This document shows positions 9,158 through 18,339 of a DNA stretch of 64,000 bases, in pieces. The translations under genes were made by a program, and so were the position numbers. Below the pieces are notes generated by a model, which saw nothing but the letters and a program-made list of their open reading frames with translations, was not told the origin of the DNA and ran no database searches. Within the stretch, counting starts at the first letter, position 1. Every line of letters begins with the position of its first letter. Source of the DNA: Candidatus Saccharimonadota bacterium (GTDB taxonomy: Bacteria > Patescibacteriota > Saccharimonadia > Saccharimonadales > Saccharimonadaceae); contig JAFWLZ010000034.1 in assembly GCA_017510835.1 (NCBI GenBank), forward strand, positions 607-64,606, read 5' to 3'.

Positions 9158-10287
9158 GTATATATTTTAGCATAACTGGGGCGGTAGCTGTGTTTGGTGA
9201 AATATTTGAGAATCAGCAGACATGCTAGAATCGGTAGATATAGTAAAAATGTCGCGGGATTATTTGATTCAAATTCAATTGTCGCCCACGGAATGTTTGC
9301 GATGAAATTTATGACATTTAAATGAAACTGTGTTAACTGACTTGCTATAAACGCGAAGGGCGTAAAAGACGTCACTCCAGCAAGGAGCGTAAATAGCATC
9401 ACGAAAGAAATCGTTGGCGATACGAGAATATTCGCGAGCAAGGCTAGAAGCGAAATGCTACCAAAAGCGTAGAGCGTAAGCGGCAGACAAAATAGCTGTG
9501 CGGAAATGCAGGCGATGATTAGGTTCGCAAGAAATGGCGGCGGTTTTTCGCCATAAAGATACTTGCTAATTAACGGCGTCATTAAAATAATGCCAGCATA
9601 AGACGCGAATGATAATTGCCAAGCGAGATTATTGATGTTGTCTGGATTAATTAGTAAAGTGAGCGCCGCAACGAAAATTAACATTCTAATTGGATGGAAT
9701 TTTCGGCCATAATACCACGCCCAGAGCGACAAAAAAGTTACTAATCCAGCGCGTGCGATACTTGGACTAAAACCCGTAACGCTCATATAGATAATTAGTA
9801 GAAGTGTCGCACCGGCAAGCGTAGCAAAACGAGATATTTTCCCAAATATTTTTTTCGTAAAACTTACGACGACGGCCAAATGAAAACCAGATGCAACCAC
9901 GGTGTGCGCTAGGCCCGCTAAACGAAGGTTTGCTTTTTGCTGCTCGGTCAGAAGATTCTTTTGGCCAGTCAAATAGCTCAGTGCAAGATTGCTCTGCTCT
10001 TCATTATCCATTAGCCTAATTACGTTTCTTGAAATAGCATCTCGTGCCTGAAGCGCAAAATCGGGCGTAGTCGGGCTGGCTTTCGAAATAATCGATGGGT
10101 GATACATAAAGCCCGAGTAATTTGCGAATCCCTGCTGAAGCTCGCCCTGAAGCGTCAGTCTTTCCGAACGAAATAATTGCTCTTTTGTTTCAATAGAAGC
10201 ATAAATTGTGCCACGATTCGTTTCGAGACTAACACGCGTATCATTTTTCTTTTTAATAGGATCGCCCGAAATCGTGCCGGCAATCAC
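9151..10287 (-). CDS. comEC: ComEC/Rec2 competence channel (OB plus competence domain, no metallo-beta-lactamase domain)
   Basis: LAGLAHTVVASGFHLAVVV and multiple TM helices match the ComEC core. The N-terminal segment resembles the OB/DUF4131 region. The frame stays open upstream to 10335 with no start codon (see fragment 10336..10416). Confidence 0.75.
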   Translation of the reverse strand: MIAGTISGDPIKKKNDTRVSLETNRGTIYASIETKEQLFRSERLTLQGELQQGFANYSGFMYHPSIISKASPTTPDFALQARDAISRNVIRLMDNEEQSNLALSYLTGQKNLLTEQQKANLRLAGLAHTVVASGFHLAVVVSFTKKIFGKISRFATLAGATLLLIIYMSVTGFSPSIARAGLVTFLSLWAWYYGRKFHPIRMLIFVAALTLLINPDNINNLAWQLSFASYAGIILMTPLISKYLYGEKPPPFLANLIIACISAQLFCLPLTLYAFGSISLLALLANILVSPTISFVMLFTLLAGVTSFTPFAFIASQLTQFHLNVINFIANIPWATIEFESNNPATFLLYLPILACLLILKYFTKHSYRPSYAKIYTC

Positions 10288-10335
10288 GATATCGTGACCG
10301 GAATATTCAGTTGAGTTTTGCGAAAAGACAAACTT

Positions 10336-10416
10336 TCATAATACTATTGTTGTAATAATTACAACAGCTAAAACAAGGGTAAATACCGATAAATGCGGGC
10401 GATGAATATGTTTCAT
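10336..10416 (-). CDS. 26-aa TM peptide, probably the detached N-terminus of ComEC (frameshift junction at about 10336)
   Basis: MKHIHRPHLSVFTLVLAVVIITTIVL* from manual translation. TATAAT (10423-10428) lies 6 nt upstream of ATG 10416. Its TGA overlaps the point where the comEC frame opens. Confidence 0.4.
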   Translation of the reverse strand: MKHIHRPHLSVFTLVLAVVIITTIVL

Positions 10417-10495
10417 ATCTATATTATATTTTTGCTTCTTTTTCGGCCAAAGCATAAGAATAATAACGGCGGTAAATATGGTAAAATGTAGATAA

Positions 10496-12403
10496 ATGAA
10501 AAAGTATTTTCATCTCCTAAATCCAAAGTCTTGGAGCAAAAAAGCACGCTTTATCTGCAACTCACTTTTGTTTCTTGCAGTTTTTGCAATCATTCTGACT
10601 TGGTTTTTGGAATACCGTTATTTTATTAATGATTTTTCACGAGCGTGGAATTTTGTTTTTGGTAGCCCAGCAGTATTTTTCTTTAGTGCATTTCTTCTCT
10701 GGCTGATTTTGGTTGCAGTTTGGGCATTAACTGGTCGACCAATTTTGAGCGTCGGAATTGTCTTTACGCTTCTAGCAATTATGTCCTATATCCATATCGC
10801 GAAATACAATTCGCGCGGTTATCCCCTACTGCCAGAAGATTTTCAGCTTGCTGGCGAAGCATCAACATTAACGAAGTTCGTCGACGTCTGGTCAATCGTT
10901 CGACTCGTTATTGCGATTATTATCGTCTGTGCACTGCTTGGCGTGTTTGCGTATTTTTGTGGAGAAAAAGTAAATCTGCGTTATCGCGAAAGCAAAGAAA
11001 AGAATTTTATCTTTCGTCATTTACTAGTTACACGCGCATTCTTTTTAGCGGGCGCGATTTTCGTTTTTATGTCTTCGACCGTTTTCGTACGACATAACTT
11101 AGGTACGCGGTATGAAGATATTTTTCTCGGAACGCGCTTTACGGCTTGGAATCAAAATCGCAATTACGACGAGAATGGCTTCATCCTTGGCTTTTTGTAT
11201 AATTTTCAGAAACTCAATCTCGGCGCGCCGGAAGGCTACAGCGAAGAACGCATTGCGAACGTAAAAGAAAAGTACACGATCATCGCAAATAATGAAAATA
11301 AGAAACGCAAAGATCCGAGCAAAGAAGATGTAAATGTAGTCGTAATTTTGAATGAATCTTTCTTTGACCCGGACGTTTCATTCCAAGGTAAAAACTTCAG
11401 TGATTATTATAAAATTTCTGGCGGCGAAGTGATGCCGGAATTACATGCATTGCAAAAACGCACGCCAAACGGCCTAATGTATTCGCTTGATTATGGCGGC
11501 GGTACAGCAAATATTGAATATGAAGCGCTGACAAGCCTAACGAATTTCTGGACGAACACAGTGCCTTACACTGCCCTGATTCCGAAGGCTGGTAAAGTGC
11601 CGTCGATAGCTAGCATGTTGAGTAACAAGAAATATTCTACAACTGCAATTCATCCATTTAATGGCGGTATGTATAAGCGAAACATTGTGCTAAAAAATGA
11701 AGGTTTTAGCGAGTTTACTACCGAAATTGAAATGGATTACAAAGAACATGATGGCAATTCCGAATATATAAATGATCAGTCCGCGTACCAGCAGGTTTTG
11801 AAGACATTGCGCGAAAAAGACGGAAATCAAATGATTGGCTTGATTACAATGCAAAACCACACTCCGTATCATGAGAGCAATTACGATCATTACGATTTCG
11901 GCGTGGAATCGGATCCGGAATTACCAGACAATCGCAAAGTATCTATCCCTACTTACCTACAAACGCTGCATGAATCCGATAAGTATCTTGGCGAGTTTAT
12001 ACGAGAGCTCGATACTCTAGACGAGAAAGTCGTCGTATTATTCTTCGGCGACCACTCTGCCGGTTTATTCGATAATGTAAATAATAGCGGTGAAAAAGAA
12101 GTGCGTGATTTGGTGCGCGTAACGCCATATTTTATATATGCGAATTACGATGCTGGCCTGAAAGCAAATACAAAGCTCCCGACAACAACACCAAACTGTA
12201 TGGTAAACACTATGTTTAATCAGCTGGGCTGGCAGAAAGATCCAGTCTATTACCTCGTTGATAATGTTTGCCACGAGCAGCCAATCCTTACAACGAATTA
12301 TCTCGACGGCAAAGAATTTGAACTCACAGAAACACTTCAGGATTATCAATTGCTAACTTACGATATCCTGGGCGGCCAGCGTTATTGGATTAAGAATAAA
12401 TAA
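10496..12403 (+). CDS. LTA synthase family (sulfatase-fold) membrane protein
   Basis: Five N-terminal TM helices followed by an alkaline-phosphatase-superfamily domain (VVVILNESFFDP, GGTANIEYEALTS, FFGDHSAG). Confidence 0.75.
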   Translation: MKKYFHLLNPKSWSKKARFICNSLLFLAVFAIILTWFLEYRYFINDFSRAWNFVFGSPAVFFFSAFLLWLILVAVWALTGRPILSVGIVFTLLAIMSYIHIAKYNSRGYPLLPEDFQLAGEASTLTKFVDVWSIVRLVIAIIIVCALLGVFAYFCGEKVNLRYRESKEKNFIFRHLLVTRAFFLAGAIFVFMSSTVFVRHNLGTRYEDIFLGTRFTAWNQNRNYDENGFILGFLYNFQKLNLGAPEGYSEERIANVKEKYTIIANNENKKRKDPSKEDVNVVVILNESFFDPDVSFQGKNFSDYYKISGGEVMPELHALQKRTPNGLMYSLDYGGGTANIEYEALTSLTNFWTNTVPYTALIPKAGKVPSIASMLSNKKYSTTAIHPFNGGMYKRNIVLKNEGFSEFTTEIEMDYKEHDGNSEYINDQSAYQQVLKTLREKDGNQMIGLITMQNHTPYHESNYDHYDFGVESDPELPDNRKVSIPTYLQTLHESDKYLGEFIRELDTLDEKVVVLFFGDHSAGLFDNVNNSGEKEVRDLVRVTPYFIYANYDAGLKANTKLPTTTPNCMVNTMFNQLGWQKDPVYYLVDNVCHEQPILTTNYLDGKEFELTETLQDYQLLTYDILGGQRYWIKNK

Positions 12404-12405
12404 TA

Positions 12406-13815
12406 TTAAGCTTTTGGAAATAGTGGGGTTTCTGGTGGAGTGATTTTTTCCGCGCCAAAAATCTCGGCAATTTTTGCGGAAGTATCCGGCAAGAAAATCG
12501 CTAGACGGAGATTCGTATTTACTAAATCTTGGATAAGATCTGCGAGAACGGATTTTGCTTTATCTGGATCAGTCTTTGCAAGCGCCCATGGCTTTTCTTC
12601 GTCAATGCGTTTGTTGAGATTTTGGATTTCGCTCCAAAGAATATCGAAAGCAAAATTAAATTCATACTTCGCCATACGCTCATCAAATTCTGGCGCGTCT
12701 TTTTGCTCAGCCTTAACGCCGCTAATTTCATTTTTCTTCGCGAGCGTTGCGAGGCGCTGAACGAGATTACCAAGATCATTCGCGAGTTCGTTGTAAGCAG
12801 ATTCATATTTTTCCCAAGTGAAGTCTGCGTCATCAGTCGTCGAACTATGGCGAAGGAAATAATAACGGAATGGAATGACGCCGTGTTTTTCGAGAATATC
12901 TTCTGGCGCAATCACATTACCGACAGACTTCGACATTTTCTCGCCATCGACAGTAATGAAACCGTGGGCGAGGAGATTCTTTGGTAACGGCAAGTCTAAG
13001 CCCATGAGCATTGCTGGCCAAATTCCGGCATGGAAACGGAGAATGTCTTTACCGACAATCTGCGTATTAGCCGGCCAAGAATCGGAAATATCTTCTTCTG
13101 GATAACCAAGCACCGTAATATAGTTCGAGAGCGCATCAATCCAAACATACATGACCTGACTTTCGTCGCCCGGAACTGGAACACCCCACTGGACCTGCTC
13201 TTTTGGACGCGAAATCGAAACATCTGGCATATCTTCTAAGAGATTAAGAAATTCTTTTTTGCGGAAAGCAGGAGTAATTTTCATCTCGTCGTTTTCGATT
13301 GCTTTGCGAATGCGATCTTTGAAGTCAGCAATGCGAAAATAATAATTCTCTTCACTCAGTTTCATGTATGGCTTTTTGTGATCTGGGCACTCGCCATTAT
13401 TTTCGGAATATTCCTTATCGGTCACGAAACGCTCGCAACCTTCACAGTACCAACCCTCATATTTATCTTTATAAATATGGTCGCCAAGTTTCTCCCAAAT
13501 CGCCTGGCAGCGGCGCTCGTGATCAGCGTTAGTCGTGCGTACAAAATCAGTATATTCAACGTCGAGCGAATGAATGAAATCTTGGAATTTCTGTGAGTTT
13601 TGATCAACAAATTCCTGGACTGGAATATTTTGTTCGGCAGCCTTCTTATAAATCTTGCTGCCATGTTCGTCGGTGCCGGCTTGCAAGCGAACGGTCTCGC
13701 CCTGGAACATCATATAGCGCCGCAGCACGTCCGCAAGTAAATAATCCATCGCATGACCGAGGTGCGGATTACCATTGACATACGGGATAGCTGTGGTGAT
13801 ATATGTATTTTTCAT
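12406..13815 (-). CDS. metG: methionine--tRNA ligase
   Basis: Class I HIGH (PYVNGNPHLGHA) and KMSKS motifs plus a CxxC zinc knuckle (CEGCERF...CPDH). TGGTATAAT lies 7 nt upstream of the ATG. Confidence 0.92.
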   Translation of the reverse strand: MKNTYITTAIPYVNGNPHLGHAMDYLLADVLRRYMMFQGETVRLQAGTDEHGSKIYKKAAEQNIPVQEFVDQNSQKFQDFIHSLDVEYTDFVRTTNADHERRCQAIWEKLGDHIYKDKYEGWYCEGCERFVTDKEYSENNGECPDHKKPYMKLSEENYYFRIADFKDRIRKAIENDEMKITPAFRKKEFLNLLEDMPDVSISRPKEQVQWGVPVPGDESQVMYVWIDALSNYITVLGYPEEDISDSWPANTQIVGKDILRFHAGIWPAMLMGLDLPLPKNLLAHGFITVDGEKMSKSVGNVIAPEDILEKHGVIPFRYYFLRHSSTTDDADFTWEKYESAYNELANDLGNLVQRLATLAKKNEISGVKAEQKDAPEFDERMAKYEFNFAFDILWSEIQNLNKRIDEEKPWALAKTDPDKAKSVLADLIQDLVNTNLRLAIFLPDTSAKIAEIFGAEKITPPETPLFPKA

Positions 13816-13848
13816 ACAAAAAATTATACCATCATATCTGTTATTTCG

Positions 13849-14346
13849 CTAGTCGCGATATTGGATACGCGTACTCAGTGCGTGCGTGATTGCTGCGGCA
13901 ACTGCATCGGCAGCATCGTCTGGCTTTATTATTTTATCCATGTCGAGATACTTGCGAACTGCTTCCTGAATATCTTTTTTCTTGGCGCGACCATAGCCAG
14001 TCAATGTCATTTTGATTTGTAGAGGCGTGTATTCATAAATCGGAATATTATGCTGGCGTGCAACTAAAATACAAACGCCACGCGCCTCTGCAACTGTGAT
14101 GCCGGTTGTAATATTCGTATTAAAGAATAATTTTTCGATTGCGACTTCATCCGGTTCGGTCTCTTGAATGATTTGTTCGAGCGACTGATAAATATCTAAG
14201 AGACGATCCTCAACAGGCGTATGAGCGGGTGTAGTAATTACGCCTGCCGTGACCATACGCGGCGCTTTATGTGTTGTAAATTTCACAACACCAAAACCGC
14301 AAATGCCAGTTCCCGGATCGATGCCTAATACTTTTTTCGTCGACAT
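13849..14346 (-). CDS. ruvC: crossover junction endodeoxyribonuclease RuvC
   Basis: VLGIDPGTGICGFGVV... with typical length and acidic catalytic positions. Confidence 0.85.
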   Translation of the reverse strand: MSTKKVLGIDPGTGICGFGVVKFTTHKAPRMVTAGVITTPAHTPVEDRLLDIYQSLEQIIQETEPDEVAIEKLFFNTNITTGITVAEARGVCILVARQHNIPIYEYTPLQIKMTLTGYGRAKKKDIQEAVRKYLDMDKIIKPDDAADAVAAAITHALSTRIQYRD

Positions 14347-14849
14347 ACTATTAGTGTAGCACGCTTGATAAACCTCGACATCTCGTGACGAAATTGAAAG
14401 ATAACATAGATTAATACAAGAATACCGAGGGTGATTAGCGCGAACGCGGCAATAAATATTTGTGGGTTGTCATAGGTTTCGTTCGTTATATTTTCAACTG
14501 GAAATTTTGAAGCGTCTTGACGTTTTTTACGACAACGATTCGTGCTAGGATTTAGCTCGTAGCCTTCCGGACAAGTCTTCGCAGTCTTAGCGGCTGCCTG
14601 CTTTTTGCAACGACCGGTCAGCGGGTTTCGATAATAGCCAGCCTTGCAGGCAGTCTGCGTTTTAGCTGTCGGCATTTTCTTACAACGGTTCGTCAAAACA
14701 TTCAAGTATTGCCCTTCTGGGCAAGTTTTAATAACCGAACTTGCGAGAGATTTTTCATTAATACAATTACCTGTTTCAGGATTAATAATTTTCCCTTCTG
14801 GACAACTGCGAAATTCCTGATAAATATTGTCTGCAGCCGGTGTCGGCAT
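14325..14849 (-). CDS. Cys-repeat protein with C-terminal TM anchor (174 aa)
   Basis: Four 14-aa C-x12-C repeats: CPEGKIINPETGNC, CPEGQYLNVLTNRC, CKAGYYRNPLTGRC, CPEGYELNPSTNRC. They are followed by the TM helix IFIAAFALITLGILVLIYVIFQF. It has no signal peptide of its own and is in frame with the upstream LTD gene. Confidence 0.6.
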   Translation of the reverse strand: MPTPAADNIYQEFRSCPEGKIINPETGNCINEKSLASSVIKTCPEGQYLNVLTNRCKKMPTAKTQTACKAGYYRNPLTGRCKKQAAAKTAKTCPEGYELNPSTNRCRKKRQDASKFPVENITNETYDNPQIFIAAFALITLGILVLIYVIFQFRHEMSRFIKRATLIVCRRKKY

Positions 14850-14861
14850 ATAGGTAATTAG

Positions 14862-15788
14862 TCACTGACCATCTAGAAGTGCGAGCGACGCGCCACGTTT
14901 CTGACCATGAGAATAAGTCAGCGAGTCAACAAGACCGTTTTCGTCACGCAACTCAACAGTGATTGAAGTACTAGGGTCTTTCGTTAATAAAATATCCTGA
15001 ATAATCGTATAACTCTCGGCGGTTAAGGTGCCAGTGAGTGGGTAGTTTTTATTTTTGTAACGCAGCGTGCAGGCAGTAAGATTTTGGTCATACTCATTTG
15101 AATTAAAAAGTTCGATAAATTGCTCAGAAGAATTTTCTTCATAATAGGAATAGATTTCGGTAATTTTTAAACCAGAACACGACGGCTTCTCGACCGGTTT
15201 TGGCTCCGGGATATAAATCGCATCTTCTTGAATGTTCGGATAATATTCTTCGAGCGAAAATAATTCAGTGCAATCCTTTTGGCAAATTACAGCCGTGCGA
15301 TTGTCTGCCTGTTTAGTAGCGAATTTCGGAAGTTGCTGGTCGCAGCTTAGCTTACCCCAACATAATTCGTCGATGATTTTTTCGCCCTGCACTATACGCA
15401 GACGACCAGCAGTAGAAGCCAGACCGCTAGAACTAAAGTTATATAAATAACGTGCCGGCGCGTCTTGATATTGAGAGCTTTTCTGGTAGCCAAAAACGAC
15501 AGAATCGGCACGAAGGATGGTCGACTCGGCAAACTCGAGCTCGCCGGCAAGATTGTTACTACTGTTGAAATACTGGATTTTGAAGGCTGAGAGATCGAGA
15601 TCGTCGGCGACAGTTTTTCCGAGCTCAAAAAAGTCATAGTTTTGAGCGGAGTTATCGTCCTTATATCCGGCGTTGACGGCGCGAAAAAACAGAGGCGAAG
15701 TAGGCACAGACGACTCCGCAAAAACTGGTCGCGCAAACATGGCTGCAACAATGATTCCAAGACTGGTGAAAAATTTAATATTTTTCAT
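14862..15788 (-). CDS. secreted protein with two lamin-tail-domain (LTD)-like modules
   Basis: Trimmed to ATG 15788, giving the signal MKNIKFFTSLGIIVAAMFARPVFA. LKITEIYSYY..EQFIELFNS...L.GTL resembles the LTD pattern, and a second copy lies near the N-terminus. The gene ends with TGA 14862-14864. Confidence 0.6.
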   Translation of the reverse strand: MKNIKFFTSLGIIVAAMFARPVFAESSVPTSPLFFRAVNAGYKDDNSAQNYDFFELGKTVADDLDLSAFKIQYFNSSNNLAGELEFAESTILRADSVVFGYQKSSQYQDAPARYLYNFSSSGLASTAGRLRIVQGEKIIDELCWGKLSCDQQLPKFATKQADNRTAVICQKDCTELFSLEEYYPNIQEDAIYIPEPKPVEKPSCSGLKITEIYSYYEENSSEQFIELFNSNEYDQNLTACTLRYKNKNYPLTGTLTAESYTIIQDILLTKDPSTSITVELRDENGLVDSLTYSHGQKRGASLALLDGQ

Positions 15789-15878
15789 GCCACTCATATT
15801 ATTACAAGCGCAAAATACTACAAGCATAAGCTTAATGTTTTCTCTAGAAGCCCTTCTTGCTTATGGTATAATATAGGT

Positions 15879-16571
15879 ATGAGCGATATCACTTGCATCG
15901 CAACTATTATCCTGGCTGCAATAACCCAGGCATCTCTACAGTTGGGTCTCGGAGGCCTGATTTTGCTTTACCACAATAGCATGGGCAAGCATCGCCGCAA
16001 GACTACCCGTCATCTAGCGAAAAACTATATCCTCGGTTCGTGTGCGATTACTTTCTTGATGGTCTGCACTTTCTGCTTCTTGATCGGCAATTTCTTTGGT
16101 GGTTCCCTATCCGCCGAATGGCTAGTCGTCAGCATCGGGATATTTGCCGCGAGCGGATCAGTAATGTGGCTACTTTATTATCGTAAAGGCAAAAAAACGA
16201 CTGAGCTATGGTTACCAAAAGCCTTCACGAATTTCATCCGCAAGAAAGCACGTAATACGAATGATAACGTCGAAGCATTTTCGCTCGGGCTTCTTAGTAG
16301 TTTCGCGGAAATACCATTTAGTCTCGCAATTTATTTCGTCGTCGCAAATTGCATTTTAAATATGAGTGGCTGGTTACAAATTATTACAGCAGTTTCATAT
16401 GCAATTTTTACCGCTCTGCCGCTATTAGTGTTGAAGTTCCGCGTAAAGACCGGCAAATCTGCAATCGAAGCACAAAAATGGCGCGTCCGAAACAAAGCAT
16501 TCTCGAAGGTCTTTTCCGGCAGTAGTTTTATGCTTCTCGCGATATTCGTTTTAGCATTTTGGGTGATGTGA
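15879..16571 (+). CDS. polytopic membrane protein, unknown function (230 aa)
   Basis: ORF 15642..16571 trimmed to ATG 15879, which lies 6 nt downstream of TGGTATAAT (15864-15872). Roughly 6 hydrophobic helices. Confidence 0.6.
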   Translation: MSDITCIATIILAAITQASLQLGLGGLILLYHNSMGKHRRKTTRHLAKNYILGSCAITFLMVCTFCFLIGNFFGGSLSAEWLVVSIGIFAASGSVMWLLYYRKGKKTTELWLPKAFTNFIRKKARNTNDNVEAFSLGLLSSFAEIPFSLAIYFVVANCILNMSGWLQIITAVSYAIFTALPLLVLKFRVKTGKSAIEAQKWRVRNKAFSKVFSGSSFMLLAIFVLAFWVM

Positions 16572-16572
16572 A

Positions 16573-16836
16573 ATGGCGCGCGCAAAAAAGAAAATCACTT
16601 ACGAATACTCATCAGATGGTATTAAGCAGAGCATTTTGAGGAATGCAAAAAGCGCAAAAGTCGCTCCCGGTTGGGCAAAACAAATCGCAGAGCGTGTCGC
16701 AAAAGAAGTCGATGCGTGGATTGCGGATAAGGAGATCATAACCGAAGCGGATTTGCGGAAAAAAATCATTTCTGAACTCGAGAAACTAAACCCAGATATC
16801 GCTTACGCTTATAAAAATCATGATAAAATAATATAA
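16573..16836 (+). CDS. small protein, possibly ATP-cone-like (87 aa)
   Basis: IAERVAKEVDAWIADKEIITEADLRKKIISELEKLNPDIAYAYKNH resembles the ATP-cone helix pattern. This is a weak call from memory. Confidence 0.4.
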   Translation: MARAKKKITYEYSSDGIKQSILRNAKSAKVAPGWAKQIAERVAKEVDAWIADKEIITEADLRKKIISELEKLNPDIAYAYKNHDKII

Positions 16837-16837
16837 G

Positions 16838-18199
16838 ATGAAAAAACGATTTGATTACGATTTAATTGTTATCGGTAGCGGCGACGCGGGTGGCGAAGCA
16901 GCATTGATTGCGGCAAAATCCGGCCTGAAAGTTGCCATCGTCGAAGCAGAAAAATGGGGCGGCACAAGCCTAAATAATACTAACGTTCCGTTCGGCGCAG
17001 CAATGCATGCTGCGATGACCTACAAGCATGCCTTAGCCGGAGCTCGTTTCGGTATTTCGAGCGGCAATCTACGCTATAATTACCCTACTCTTCATAACTG
17101 GAAAAATACCGCAGCAAAGAACGCTGGAGCAAACAGCAAGAAGATTTTTGAAGACGCAAAGATTACTTGCATCAATGGTAGAGCGAGATTTCTGTCTGCA
17201 CATGAAGTTGCAGTCGGAAGCGAAACACTCGCAGCAAAGAAATTCCTAATTGCGACAGGCGCATCAGTTGCCGATACTGGTATTACAATCCCGGAAAATG
17301 TCGATTACTATCTGCCGAATGATGTCGTAGATATTCCGCGCGTGCCAAAGAGCGTCTTTATCGTTGGCGCTGGCTCGACAGGCTGCGAATTCGCACAGTA
17401 CTTTGCTGCACTTGGTAGCGAAGTAGTGATTGCGGATATTGCTGGCCGTCTACTTCCGCGCGAAGATGAAGAAGTTGGTCAGGTCCTCGATGAAGTGTTC
17501 AAGAAAGATCGCATCAAGACTCTAACGCAATCTCGCGTCGTTGCAATCGAAAAAGATGGCAGCGAAAAACGCGTCTTATTTATGCGCGGTGGACAAGAAA
17601 AATCCATCAAAGTTGAAGCAGTCGTATTATGTACAGGTAGCGCACCAAATGTAGATTTGGGCCTAGACAATGCTGGCGTAAAATATTCACGCAGTGGTAT
17701 AAAAGTCGACGATACGCTACAGACAAGCGTAAAACATATTTATGCAGCTGGTGATGTCGTAGGCGGAAAAAGTTCAACTGAAAAAGCGATTATTGATGGT
17801 CGCGTAGCCGCCGCACACATTGTCGATCGTTCGAAGAAAACTGTAAGCTATGCTGGTTTAATTCGCGTAACGAATACCTATCCAGAAGTCGCTCAAGTCG
17901 GAACAAGTGAGGATGATTGCATCCGCCGTGATCGTAAGATTAAGAAAATCGTCGTGCCTTTACAGGCAGTTCAGAAATCGAATATCACGAACTTTTACGA
18001 TGGTTTCGTGAAGTTGATCTTCAGTAAATCCGGCACGCTTATTGGTGGCACCGTAATGGCGCCAAATGCAGCAATTATTGCGCAAGAATTAGCCTTCGGC
18101 GTTCGCTACGAAATGTCCGCAAACGAAATCGCGTCTGTGCCGCACGTCGCAAACGATTGGAGTGAACTCATCCGCTCCGCCGCAGAACGAATCAAATAA
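16838..18199 (+). CDS. class I pyridine nucleotide-disulfide oxidoreductase homologue (Lpd/GR-like) lacking the redox-active CxxxxC
   Basis: FAD motif DLIVIGSGDAGGEAA, NAD motif VGAGSTGCEFA, GD motif YAAGDV and a C-terminal dimerisation region. The usual GGTCLNxGCIPSK position reads GGTSLNNTNVPF. Confidence 0.75.
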   Translation: MKKRFDYDLIVIGSGDAGGEAALIAAKSGLKVAIVEAEKWGGTSLNNTNVPFGAAMHAAMTYKHALAGARFGISSGNLRYNYPTLHNWKNTAAKNAGANSKKIFEDAKITCINGRARFLSAHEVAVGSETLAAKKFLIATGASVADTGITIPENVDYYLPNDVVDIPRVPKSVFIVGAGSTGCEFAQYFAALGSEVVIADIAGRLLPREDEEVGQVLDEVFKKDRIKTLTQSRVVAIEKDGSEKRVLFMRGGQEKSIKVEAVVLCTGSAPNVDLGLDNAGVKYSRSGIKVDDTLQTSVKHIYAAGDVVGGKSSTEKAIIDGRVAAAHIVDRSKKTVSYAGLIRVTNTYPEVAQVGTSEDDCIRRDRKIKKIVVPLQAVQKSNITNFYDGFVKLIFSKSGTLIGGTVMAPNAAIIAQELAFGVRYEMSANEIASVPHVANDWSELIRSAAERIK

Positions 18200-18204
18200 A
18201 AATG

Positions 18205-18228
18205 TCGCCTGGAAACAGGCGATTTTTT
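18205..18228 (+). terminator. intrinsic terminator
   Basis: TCGCCTG-GAAA-CAGGCGA hairpin followed by TTTTTT. Confidence 0.7.
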
Positions 18229-18242
18229 GATGTATCTAAACT

Positions 18243-18319
18243 TGGTGGCGGGGGTTGGATTTGAACCAACGACCTTCTGGTTATGGGCCAGACGAGCTAC
18301 CAGACTGCTCTACCCCGCG
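18243..18319 (-). tRNA. initiator tRNA-Met (CAT)
   Basis: 77 nt. 5' CGCGGGG with an unpaired 1:72 position (C/C), anticodon loop CCCATAA, G30-G31:C39-C40 in the anticodon stem, T-loop TTCAAAT, encoded CCA. Confidence 0.85.
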
Positions 18320-18339
18320 ATGACTATGTAATTATATAT

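Noticed and set aside
14862-14864. Alternative genetic code (UGA read as an amino acid, as in some CPR lineages) as an explanation for the in-frame TGA
   Set aside because: TGA terminates conserved genes at natural ends with ATGA overlaps (tsaE at 8753-8755, the dihydrouridine synthase gene at 58554-58556) and ends 15879..16571. No other conserved gene needs an internal TGA to stay open.
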